A stretch of DNA of 35,224 bases, from positions 1 to 35,224 of IMG/VR virus record IMGVR_UViG_3300016666_000320; one strand, given 5' to 3'. Shown piece by piece: positions 1 through 6,817 of the stretch; within the stretch, counting starts at the first letter, position 1, and each line of letters starts with the position of its first letter. Position numbers and translations under genes: made by a program. The DNA comes from a virus (lineage: Duplodnaviria; Caudoviricetes). The notes beneath the pieces are model-generated. The model searched no databases and was not told where the DNA came from. It saw only the letters and a list, made by a program, of their open reading frames with translations.

Positions 1-1
1 T

Positions 2-22
2 TAACGAATTAACGAATTAACG
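2..22 (+). repeat. 8-bp tandem array A (TAACGAAT x2 + TAACG), putative centromere/operator
   Basis: Read directly upstream of parA; reverse complement of the right contig end. Confidence 0.8.
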
Positions 23-41
23 CACAAAAGGAATTCTCACC

Positions 42-686
42 GTGGCACTACGAATTGGCTTCGCAACTCAGAAGGGTGGCCCTGGCAAATCCACCTGCGC
101 ACGCGGCACCGCTGTCGGGTACGCACAAAACGGGTGGGTGGTAAAACTCGCCGACTTCGACCTTAACCAATCCACCAGCACACGCTGGCATCAGCGCCGC
201 CTGCAGCGCAATCATCAGCCTGAAGTATCGGTCGAACAGTTCGGTTCTATCGCGCACGCCGTGGCTCGGGCCGATGATTACGATGTGATGATCTTTGACG
301 GTGCGCCGCTGGCCAGCAAAGCAACCGCGACTATGGCTGAGGTCTGCGACCTTCTGGTCATCCCGACCGGCCTGTCGGTTGACGACCTCGACCCCGCCGT
401 TGAGCTGGCCGATGCGCTGCACTACAAGCACGGCATTCCCGTCGAGCGCATTGCCTTCGCTCTGAACCACGTCGGCGATAGCCAGGCCGAACTAGAAGAG
501 GCTCAGGACTATTTGAGCCAGAAGCCCTATCACGTCCTGGACGGCTACTTGGCGCAGAAGGTCAGCTATAGCCGCGCCATGGACATTGGCCTTTCAGTGA
601 TAGAGGTATCGCACAAAGGCCTGCGCGCTCAGGCTGAACGGCTAATTTCCGCAATCATTCAGCGTGCCGCTAAGCTATCATCCTAA
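42..686 (+). CDS. parA: ParA-family partition ATPase (short type Ib)
   Basis: Deviant Walker A QKGGPGKST, DFDLNQS and FDGAP motifs; 214 aa with no N-terminal HTH; RBS AAAGGAA. Confidence 0.92.
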   Translation: MALRIGFATQKGGPGKSTCARGTAVGYAQNGWVVKLADFDLNQSTSTRWHQRRLQRNHQPEVSVEQFGSIAHAVARADDYDVMIFDGAPLASKATATMAEVCDLLVIPTGLSVDDLDPAVELADALHYKHGIPVERIAFALNHVGDSQAELEEAQDYLSQKPYHVLDGYLAQKVSYSRAMDIGLSVIEVSHKGLRAQAERLISAIIQRAAKLSS

Positions 687-710
687 TAACGAATTGACGA
701 ATTGACGAAT
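687..710 (+). repeat. 8-bp tandem array B (TAACGAAT-TGACGAAT-TGACGAAT)
   Basis: Fills the gap between parA and the RHH gene, starting right after the parA stop. Confidence 0.8.
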
Positions 711-726
711 TAAAGGAATCACCCAC

Positions 727-975
727 ATGGCAGTCGAAGCACCTAAACCCCCGCGCAACAAATCTACCAAAGGCACCGCGCCGGCTGCGCCTATGGCGAC
801 CGAGCCAGGGCACACCAAACAAGCTGGCCCGGGTGATTTGGTAACGGCCAACTTCAAAGTTGACGCCCAATTCAAGCAGGACTTAAAGATGTTCGCGGCC
901 ATGCACAAAATGAGCATGGTCGATGTGCTGCGTCAGGGATTCGCCTTGCTAAAGGAAGCAAAGGCCGGCAAGTAG
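727..975 (+). CDS. Ribbon-helix-helix centromere-binding protein (ParG/omega-like)
   Basis: Disordered N-terminus, then NFKVDAQFKQDLKMFAAMHKMSMVDVLRQGF (RHH pattern); directly downstream of parA. Confidence 0.75.
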   Translation: MAVEAPKPPRNKSTKGTAPAAPMATEPGHTKQAGPGDLVTANFKVDAQFKQDLKMFAAMHKMSMVDVLRQGFALLKEAKAGK

Positions 976-992
976 TCCGCCTAAACAAAACC

Positions 993-1019
993 AAGCCCCG
1001 TACCTTGCGGGGCTTTTTT
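993..1019 (+). terminator. Intrinsic terminator of the par operon
   Basis: AAGCCCCG...CGGGGCTT stem followed by a T tract, between convergent genes. Confidence 0.8.
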
Positions 1020-1027
1020 GTGCCTGC

Positions 1028-1040
1028 GTGACGGGTAACG
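1028..1040 (+). repeat. 13-bp motif GTGACGGGTAACG, copy 1
   Basis: Exact copy immediately beyond the stop of 1042..1290. Confidence 0.85.
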
Positions 1041-1041
1041 C

Positions 1042-1290
1042 TCAAAGCTCGACCGCAAACCCCCGCACGCCGAGCCCTTCGGCAAAGCGACCCACGGCCG
1101 TGAGGCTGGCCCAGGTGCGGATCACTTCGCGCCGTGAACGCACCGGGATCAGCCGGGCGTGCGGCCCGCCGAGGCGCACCGAAAACGTCCACTTGGTGCG
1201 GCTGGCATCGCGGCCCGCGACAAACTCCCGCACGGCGTTCTGCTGCACCAGGTGCTGCAGAGCGTCTTCGTGAATCCCTTCGCCGATCAC
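1042..1290 (-). CDS. Small plasmid-type protein (ParC/RepB-annotated-like family)
   Basis: C-terminal RSRREVIRTWASLTAVGRFAEGLGV pattern resembles small plasmid maintenance proteins; overlaps the upstream stop. Confidence 0.55.
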   Translation of the reverse strand: MIGEGIHEDALQHLVQQNAVREFVAGRDASRTKWTFSVRLGGPHARLIPVRSRREVIRTWASLTAVGRFAEGLGVRGFAVEL

Positions 1291-1547
1291 AGCAGCAGCG
1301 CCTGTACCCGCGCCTGCGCGGTGTTTTCGAATAACAGGTACAGGCTTTCAATCTCCGTCGGCTTGAGCACCTTGAGCACTTCCAGCGCTTCGACCACGCC
1401 GTGTGCGCGTTCACTGGCCAGATGCACCTGCAGGGTGTCGCTGCTGCGCTCGATGCTGGTCAGGCGGCGGCGCAGGGTGTCGATCACTTCGGGCAGCGTG
1501 CTGATCTCGGCCAGCGGGTCGCAGGCGTTACCGTAACGGTCGCTCAT
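1287..1547 (-). CDS. Hypothetical helical protein (86 aa, MSDRYGN...)
   Basis: ATG at 1547 overlaps the upstream TGA (ATGA coupling). Confidence 0.65.
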   Translation of the reverse strand: MSDRYGNACDPLAEISTLPEVIDTLRRRLTSIERSSDTLQVHLASERAHGVVEALEVLKVLKPTEIESLYLLFENTAQARVQALLL

Positions 1548-1816
1548 GACCGACCATCCCACAGCGCGGCCCAGGCATGCGGGTTGACGCGGTACACGCC
1601 TCGCCACGCTAGGCCCATGCACACACGTTGTGCGCGCAACACTTCCAGCAACTGCGCGGCGTGCCGGCGGCCCAGGCCAAAACGGCGCATCAGGGCGCCG
1701 GGGCCGAGGTTTGGCACAGCAGCCGCGTAACGGGCGACCGCTGGCAGCAGCGGGTCGTCGTGCCCAGGCGGCGGGGCAAAGAAGCTGGGGGGCAGGGTTA
1801 TCGACATCGAGGTCAT
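1544..1816 (-). CDS. Stand-alone FtsK gamma-like winged-helix protein
   Basis: DDPLLPAVARYAAAVPNLGPGALMRRFGLGRRHAAQLLEVL resembles the FtsK-gamma consensus DPL...LQRRFxIGYNRAARL; RBS AAAGGA before ATG 1816. Confidence 0.6.
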   Translation of the reverse strand: MTSMSITLPPSFFAPPPGHDDPLLPAVARYAAAVPNLGPGALMRRFGLGRRHAAQLLEVLRAQRVCMGLAWRGVYRVNPHAWAALWDGRS

Positions 1817-1850
1817 TCCTTTTCGAGTGAGTGGCCCACAGTGCGTAAAA

Positions 1851-1894
1851 CCAGTGGCCGGGGGTGTGGTAGGCCAGTGTAGGGGGGTGTGGTA
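1851..1894. repeat. Imperfect 21-bp direct repeat CCAGTG(N3)GGGGGTGTGGTA, 23-bp period
   Basis: Copies at 1851-1871 and 1874-1894, upstream of the FtsK-gamma-like gene. Confidence 0.6.
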
Positions 1895-1905
1895 TCCGTG
1901 GCCAC

Positions 1906-1945
1906 AAAAAAAGGCCCCCACACCTTGGCTTGGTGTGGGGGCCTG
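1906..1945 (-). terminator. Intrinsic terminator
   Basis: AGGCCCCCACACC...GGTGTGGGGGCCT stem with a T7 tract on the - strand. Confidence 0.8.
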
Positions 1946-1978
1946 TTTTACATAAGCGGCGTTATTGGTAACGCAGAC

Positions 1979-2219
1979 TCACTCCGTCCCGTGTTCGCGC
2001 CGGAACGCTTGCAACTGTTCTTCGGTCGGCATCAGGCCAGCGGCCACCAGGCCGCAGTCAAAGCAGGTCGTCGCTTCACCTGGCATCACATCGCTACCGG
2101 CCCACATCACGCGCTCATCACGGCTATGGCCGCATAGCCAGCTCGATATGACTGGTCATGCCGAAGAAATAGCGGCGCACGATAGGCTGGCGGGGGGATG
2201 GGGATTGTTCAGTCTGCAT
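1979..2219 (-). pseudogene. Frameshifted small zinc-ribbon protein gene (ELxCGH...CFDC)
   Basis: MQTEQSPSPRQPIVRRYFFGMTSHIELA switches frame near 2135 to CGHSRDERVMW...CFDCGL...HGTE*. The 241-nt span is one base too long. Confidence 0.55.
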
Positions 2220-2234
2220 AAATTGGGTTCCTTT

Positions 2235-2504
2235 CTATTCGTCGGCCAGGTCAGCGACCAGCGCGGCCAACTCGGCTTTGTACTGATTGATGGGCGTGCA
2301 ATGGGCTTGCGCCTCATGTCTGCCGTCGTGGTACACCAGGCGCACCACTGACGGGTACACCTTCGGATACCCAACCACGTCTCGCAAGTCCCGCAACAAA
2401 TACCCTTCGAAGTAGTCTCGTAGCGCATGATTGAACCCGGCCTGCGTACGCACCAGGTAATGGCCATTGCTCAGGCGGCGCCAGTTGGATCGAGGGTCAG
2501 GCAT
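2235..2504 (-). CDS. Hypothetical protein
   Basis: 89-aa ORF with RBS AAAGGAA, in a - strand operon. Confidence 0.7.
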   Translation of the reverse strand: MPDPRSNWRRLSNGHYLVRTQAGFNHALRDYFEGYLLRDLRDVVGYPKVYPSVVRLVYHDGRHEAQAHCTPINQYKAELAALVADLADE

Positions 2505-2530
2505 GGCGGGGGTTCCTTTATATTGAGTTC

Positions 2531-2543
2531 GTGACGGGTAACG
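2531..2543 (+). repeat. 13-bp motif GTGACGGGTAACG, copy 2
   Basis: Exact copy a few bases beyond the stop of 2549..3454. Confidence 0.85.
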
Positions 2544-2548
2544 CCGGG

Positions 2549-3454
2549 CTATTCACCCGGCTGCGGCCTGTAGTCCGTTGGAAGACCTGCACGGCGCAGG
2601 CGCTCAGTCAACGTGTAGTTGGCGGCAAACGCCTTATTGCGCTCAGCCTCCAGCAACGCCCTTTCCTTTTCAAGATATTCGACGCGGCGGGACAGTTCGG
2701 CGCGGTCGTCAGCGGGGGAAAGCTTGCGGGGAATTCGCTCCATGTATTCCGGCGCGCTGGTGGCCCGATAGTCTTCCAGCGGGAATCTGTTCCAATGCCA
2801 TTCTTTCTTGTTGTTCGTGACCCGCGCGTCAAAGCCGGCAGCACTCAATCGGGCTTTTAGCACCTCAACGGCGCGGCCCAGCTCGGCATGCTGGCTGTTA
2901 CGCAGGCGCAGCAAGCCCAGCGCCGTGGCGCACCGGGCAAAGTCCGTAGGCAGCTTCTCCCACACAGTCATTAGGGGCGCGTCGGTGACTTCCAGGGTGG
3001 CAAAGTCTTCGCCATCTTGACCTTGCACAGAGTTAGCCGGCGCGGCGGCAGAGACATTAACCTCGGCGGCAATCTGGTGCAGCGCCTCTTTCAGGCGGCG
3101 GTTTTCGATAAGCGCCTGATCCAACTTATTGCGCAGGAACTCGGTCGGCCTATAGGTACTGCGCTGCGGCTCGGCCAAGTACCGGCCTTTGTCACCCTCT
3201 GGCCACAACTTTTTAAGCAGCGCATCAAAGCCGGGCTTTTTGCTGGTGGCCCAGTCGGCCGGGCGGTGATCCAGATCCTCATGGGCCAGCAGCCCCAAGC
3301 TCAGCACACAACGCTCAGTGTGGGTCAGGCTGATGTCTTTGATTCCGGCCTGTTTCTTTTTCAGGCGGTGCCGGCGTGCGCGCTCGGCGCCACTCATCGG
3401 CTCTTCGCAGGCAGCCACAAGGTCTAGGGTTCCAGGGTCGTTAGGGTCGATCAT
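2549..3454 (-). CDS. Putative DNA-binding coiled-coil protein (basic AERARRHR motif)
   Basis: MIDPNDPGTLDL start, basic helix GAERARRHRLKKK, heptad-like segments and a repeated LxxRLxxAG motif; RBS GGAGAG. Confidence 0.75.
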   Translation of the reverse strand: MIDPNDPGTLDLVAACEEPMSGAERARRHRLKKKQAGIKDISLTHTERCVLSLGLLAHEDLDHRPADWATSKKPGFDALLKKLWPEGDKGRYLAEPQRSTYRPTEFLRNKLDQALIENRRLKEALHQIAAEVNVSAAAPANSVQGQDGEDFATLEVTDAPLMTVWEKLPTDFARCATALGLLRLRNSQHAELGRAVEVLKARLSAAGFDARVTNNKKEWHWNRFPLEDYRATSAPEYMERIPRKLSPADDRAELSRRVEYLEKERALLEAERNKAFAANYTLTERLRRAGLPTDYRPQPGE

Positions 3455-3500
3455 TACCGCGCTCTCCGTGAAGCCCCGGCGTAGCCCGGGGCGGCAATCC

Positions 3501-3704
3501 TTACAGTCCGATTTCGTCCATCAGGGCATCCAAGGCATCATCACCTTCGCGATCCTGATAAGCCGTCAGCAGCGCGGCGCGCGTCATATTTTCTGCGGGC
3601 GGCAGAATCGCGCCGCCCATCAAATGAACAACCTCAATAAGGCGGGAAGTAGGGAGTTGGTTGGCCGCTTGCTTCATACGGGCCGAGAGTTGTGCGGTAT
3701 TCAT
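3501..3704 (-). CDS. Small hypothetical protein with acidic C-terminus
   Basis: 67 aa, RBS GGAG, first gene after a strong promoter. Confidence 0.7.
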   Translation of the reverse strand: MNTAQLSARMKQAANQLPTSRLIEVVHLMGGAILPPAENMTRAALLTAYQDREGDDALDALMDEIGL

Positions 3705-3753
3705 CGGGTCTGCTCCGGTGGTGGCCTTGGGTTGATCCCCGGCCTTGGAGCAG

Positions 3754-3782
3754 ACTTTAGAGCCAATTCGTTAATTCGTCAA
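3754..3782 (-). promoter_or_regulatory. Sigma70 promoter TTGACG-N17-TAAAGT embedded in array C
   Basis: -35 at 3777-3782, -10 at 3754-3759, exact 17-bp spacing. Confidence 0.75.
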
Positions 3783-3797
3783 TTCGTTATTTCGTTA
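3766..3797 (-). repeat. 8-bp tandem array C (4 units)
   Basis: ATTCGTTA-ATTCGTCA-ATTCGTTA-TTTCGTTA on the + strand. Confidence 0.85.
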
Positions 3798-4194
3798 CCT
3801 GAATTGCTGGAGCTGCCGCAAGCCCAGCATAGATACTCAATAGACGCCACACCGCATAGGGTACTTCCCCTTCACCACCGGCCCACTTGCGAATCTTGCG
3901 CCCATCGACCCCGACCAACATGCCGGCCTGACTGGCTGACAAGTCGGCCACTCGTAGCAGCTCGCGGAACTCGGGAACGCTTGGCGGCTGCCAGCCCGGA
4001 GCATAGGCGTCAAATAACCCGGGGCGATCAAGCGCCAATTCCTGACGCACCTGGTCAGCAGTCATCGAGCGCGGCGGAGTGCCTGGCACTTCCAATTGTG
4101 CGGCATCGAGCCGAAGCGCCACGCGCATCGCTTCCCACAAATCCGGCGCCTCTATTTCCGTGCGTGACCCGTCACGCAGTAACAACGCAAACAT
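3787..4194 (-). CDS. KorC/Aca-like HTH transcriptional regulator
   Basis: C-terminal PPSVPEFRELLRVADLSASQAGMLVGVDGRKIRKWAGGEGEVPYAVWRLL, a KorC-type HTH ending in PYAxW; RBS GGAGG before TTG. Confidence 0.7.
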   Translation of the reverse strand: MFALLLRDGSRTEIEAPDLWEAMRVALRLDAAQLEVPGTPPRSMTADQVRQELALDRPGLFDAYAPGWQPPSVPEFRELLRVADLSASQAGMLVGVDGRKIRKWAGGEGEVPYAVWRLLSIYAGLAAAPAIQVTK

Positions 4195-4241
4195 CCAGCC
4201 TCCAATGCTAAACCGCCGGCAGAGCCGGCGGGTTGTTGTCT

Positions 4242-4265
4242 TTTCGTTATTTCGTTATTTCGTTA
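4242..4265 (-). repeat. 8-bp tandem array D (TTTCGTTA x3)
   Basis: Perfect triple repeat overlapping the stop of 4255..4569. Confidence 0.85.
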
Positions 4266-4569
4266 CTGTGTCAGGGCAAAGCCGAACCTTGACCGACACG
4301 CCTGCATTCCAGCAGGTCCAGCCAGACGGCGAAGCCAGCAGCCCGACCCGACCGTAATCCTCGCACAGATAATAGCCTTGAGCCTCAAGCCAGATGCCAA
4401 TGTCTATCAGCTGCGCACGGTCTACCTCAACACGCTGCCGGAATGCAGGCACCGCCAGTATCAGGCAATCGCGTTGCGATACCCCGGCAATGCGCGCATT
4501 GAGCTGAATGCCGTAACGCTCGAAAAATGCCGCCTTTAAAGCGACCACATACGGTGCTTGTTTGGTCAT
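4255..4569 (-). CDS. Hypothetical protein
   Basis: 104-aa ORF directly after a strong promoter. Confidence 0.65.
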   Translation of the reverse strand: MTKQAPYVVALKAAFFERYGIQLNARIAGVSQRDCLILAVPAFRQRVEVDRAQLIDIGIWLEAQGYYLCEDYGRVGLLASPSGWTCWNAGVSVKVRLCPDTVTK

Positions 4570-4619
4570 CGGTTCAATCCCGGATAACGGCCTTGGCGTA
4601 ATGCCCGGCCTTGGGCTGA

Positions 4620-4648
4620 ACCTTATTGGCCTTTCGTTATTTCGTCAA
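4620..4648 (-). promoter_or_regulatory. Sigma70 promoter TTGACG-N17-TAAGGT embedded in array E
   Basis: -35 at 4643-4648, -10 at 4620-4625; paralogous to the 3754-3782 promoter. Confidence 0.75.
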
Positions 4649-4663
4649 TTCGTTATTTCGTCA
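4632..4663 (-). repeat. 8-bp tandem array E (4 units)
   Basis: TTTCGTTA-TTTCGTCA-ATTCGTTA-TTTCGTCA on the + strand. Confidence 0.85.
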
Positions 4664-5039
4664 GGGACAAAGAAACACGCCGGGGCGGGCAATCGCGGCC
4701 GGCCGATGGCTGGAACGCTTCAAGACCGAACACTTGGCACGCAGCGGGAGCAGGGCGCCAACGCCCTGAACTTTTCGGGCAATCGCCCCAGGCAGGCGCT
4801 GAGCCGCCCACAGGCAGACAACCATCGTGAGCGACCCCCCTTGCCTGATTGCTGGAGCGCTTGCGCGACTGACAGGCCGCAGGCGGCGCGTGAAGGAGCG
4901 AAGGGACGTTGACTCGACGTTATGTCGTGCGCGGTATGGGAACGTCCCACAGCGACTGGAGGGCGCCTCATTGAAGGAACGGCGGCGATGTTGGCGAAGA
5001 GGGTTGCCACTTGCCCCGCGCCTCCAGGCGCGAAGTGGG

Positions 5040-5330
5040 CAGTCATTTTATTTCGTCAGTCCGTCATGCACATCTGGCACGGTTCATGAGCTTTAAAGGC
5101 TCTATTTTTCTGCCTCTCGGTACCACTACACATAAAAACTTGCTGATTTATAAAAACAGGGAAGGTTCCGGCGCGTGGCCGTGGATTTTTTGCTGGGGGT
5201 TTTAGTGTTTCAGGAGGGGAAAGGGTGTGGCGCGCGGGGGAATTTGCAGCGCCTGGCTCGGCGCAGACGCATTTCCTAGGCGCCAGGCGTGCGAATGCAC
5301 CGCCTTGGGCGGTGCGCGGTATAGCGGGGC
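5040..5330. other. Putative plasmid replication origin downstream of rep
   Basis: Non-coding, AT-rich block at ~5085-5210 and hairpins at ~5250-5315; same position as the cis-acting origin of IncFII/IncI replicons. Confidence 0.45.
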
Positions 5331-6209
5331 TTAGGGGCGGGGGTAGCGGTTGTTGAACAGTTTGATGCGCTGGGCCATCGACATCGACTGTACATCGGGC
5401 TCAGCCATGAAGGCCGACCAGGCAGCCGCTCGGGCGCGCTCGTTATTCTCGGCGGCTTGTGCCTGGGCCATGGCTTCCTGACGGCGGCGTTTAGCCTGGG
5501 CGGTGACGTGGGACTGCTTACGAGATTCGCGGTCAGCGGCGTTGCTGATCAGCGCGTCCGTGCGCTGCTTGCCGAAGGTCGCCAGTAATTGGTTGCGCTT
5601 GGCCTTCTTCTGTGTGCGGGCTTCGGCGAGCTGATAGCCAAGCCCTAGCTGAATGAAGAAGCGCGGGCGAATGTTGATCGTGACGCGGGTGATCCAGTAG
5701 CGGCCGTTGTGGCAGATCCGACGCACCTTGCGATAGACCATTTTGGACGCTTCCAGGGCGGCCATGACGCGCGAAACCGTCCACTCTTGCAGGCTGGTGT
5801 CTTCGGCCAGGCCACGCTGTCGGTTGAGGCGGAATTCGCCGGCCTTATCGAGGTAGCCCATCACCATCGTGGCAATGTCCATGCGCGCAAGCATCGGCTC
5901 GATAAGCTCGGCCAGCGAGTCCCATCGGGTTTGACTGGTGCGGTAGCCACTGGCCTGGAAGGTGTCGAAGTCGCGCAGCCATTTGCATTGTCGGTCTTTG
6001 GCTTCTTCGCGGATGCGATCAGCCGCGGTGCCCAGGAACGTTCGGCGCTGGGCATCGGTCAGGGCGCGCGGACGGCGTGGCTGGGCCGAACGATCGACAC
6101 GCTTTAAACGTTTGGCTGGGGCTTTGGCCTGGACTACTGACAGGCCATTATAGGCCGCCGATGCCGGGGAGCTTGGCAGATGATGGATGGTAGCCGTGAC
6201 ACGCTTCAT
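5331..6209 (-). CDS. repA: Plasmid replication initiator (IncFII RepA-like)
   Basis: HTH-like RGLAEDTSLQEWTVSRVMAALE, IxIRPRFFIQLGL motif and basic helical C-terminus; antisense RNA and leader-peptide architecture upstream. Confidence 0.7.
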   Translation of the reverse strand: MKRVTATIHHLPSSPASAAYNGLSVVQAKAPAKRLKRVDRSAQPRRPRALTDAQRRTFLGTAADRIREEAKDRQCKWLRDFDTFQASGYRTSQTRWDSLAELIEPMLARMDIATMVMGYLDKAGEFRLNRQRGLAEDTSLQEWTVSRVMAALEASKMVYRKVRRICHNGRYWITRVTINIRPRFFIQLGLGYQLAEARTQKKAKRNQLLATFGKQRTDALISNAADRESRKQSHVTAQAKRRRQEAMAQAQAAENNERARAAAWSAFMAEPDVQSMSMAQRIKLFNNRYPRP

Positions 6210-6319
6210 AGCGAACCACCGGCAGCCAGAGCCGAGCGCAAAGCGCGGGCCAGTGGCTGAAAATCTATAAGCCCCCGCATAAAGCCGGGGCGGCCTTCTG
6301 TTGAGGCTTCGCCGATCAT
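6206..6319 (-). CDS. Rep leader peptide (tap/repY-like), 37 aa, not in the ORF track
   Basis: MIGEASTEGRPGFMRGLIDFQPLARALRSALAAGGSL*; its TGA overlaps the rep ATG (ATGA); RBS AGGGA. Confidence 0.6.
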   Translation of the reverse strand: MIGEASTEGRPGFMRGLIDFQPLARALRSALAAGGSL

Positions 6320-6343
6320 CCTAACTTCCCTAATCCCTAGGGC

Positions 6344-6372
6344 TTGCTTATGCGGTGATCAGCTAATAGACT
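6344..6372 (+). promoter_or_regulatory. Antisense RNA promoter TTGCTT-N17-TAGACT
   Basis: Exact 17-bp spacing; fires opposite to rep. Confidence 0.65.
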
Positions 6373-6378
6373 TCTACC

Positions 6379-6454
6379 TGCCCGGCGAGAAGCCAATTCT
6401 TTGTGCTGATCTCCAGAAACCCCCGTCCCGCCAAGGTCGGGGGTTTTCTTTTTT
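6379..6454 (+). ncRNA. Copy-number-control antisense RNA (CopA/Inc-like), ~76 nt
   Basis: Stem AAACCCCCG-T-CC / GG-T-CGGGGGTTT with a CGCCAA loop, ending in a U tract; complementary to the rep leader. Confidence 0.7.
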
Positions 6455-6514
6455 AAGCCTGCCGAAAAATTCTAATTCTTCTTACTGCTGTGCCCGTTCG
6501 GGCTGACGGCGCTC

Positions 6515-6543
6515 AGAATAACGCGCCCATCTTTACTAGTCCA
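6515..6543 (-). promoter_or_regulatory. rep promoter TGGACT-N17-TATTCT
   Basis: -35 at 6538-6543, -10 at 6515-6520; overlapped by a degenerate operator at 6539-6555. Confidence 0.55.
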
Positions 6544-6557
6544 CAATTAGTGTAAAT

Positions 6558-6740
6558 TTACACATCTTTAAGCGAAACAACAGCCTGCCGCAATGTCTCC
6601 AATTGCAGCGCCTCCCCAGGATGCGCCGTCTCGTCATTGGCTTTTTGAATGCACATCCACGCAAGGTACTGATTAATCGCGTCGATAGTAGACCCTTGGT
6701 CACTTTTGATCAAAGGGTTTGCAGAGGGCGTATTCGGCAT
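6558..6740 (-). CDS. Small protein, candidate LexA-controlled antirepressor (60 aa)
   Basis: MPNTPSANP..., strong RBS AGGAAGGA, SOS box ~60 bp upstream. Function is inferred. Confidence 0.55.
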   Translation of the reverse strand: MPNTPSANPLIKSDQGSTIDAINQYLAWMCIQKANDETAHPGEALQLETLRQAVVSLKDV

Positions 6741-6801
6741 AGCGGGTTCCTTCCTACAGCATTTGTTCAAGTGAGGGGATTCTATCTAGAATCCCCTACT
6801 A

Positions 6802-6817
6802 CTGGATAGATAAACAG
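6802..6817. promoter_or_regulatory. LexA (SOS) box CTGGATAGATAAACAG
   Basis: Matches the gammaproteobacterial CTG-N10-CAG consensus with AT-rich core, in the context TACTG...CAGT. Confidence 0.7.

Noticed and set aside
1287-1907. Long N-terminal extensions in the ORF track (here and for terS, portal, protease, connector and tape measure)
   Set aside because: Downstream starts have an RBS or stop-start coupling and avoid overlap with neighbouring genes.
1028-2543. 13-bp motif as integron attC sites
   Set aside because: No RYYYAAC...GTTRRRY long hairpin, and the recombinase looks like a phage integrase rather than IntI.
3318-4211. 297-aa + strand ORF and many other antisense ORFs across the structural genes
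   Set aside because: Shadow ORFs of GC-rich coding DNA opposite well-supported genes, with no recognisable motifs.
3766-4663. Repeat arrays as a CRISPR or mini-CRISPR array
   Set aside because: Units are contiguous 8-mers without spacers, and there are no cas genes.
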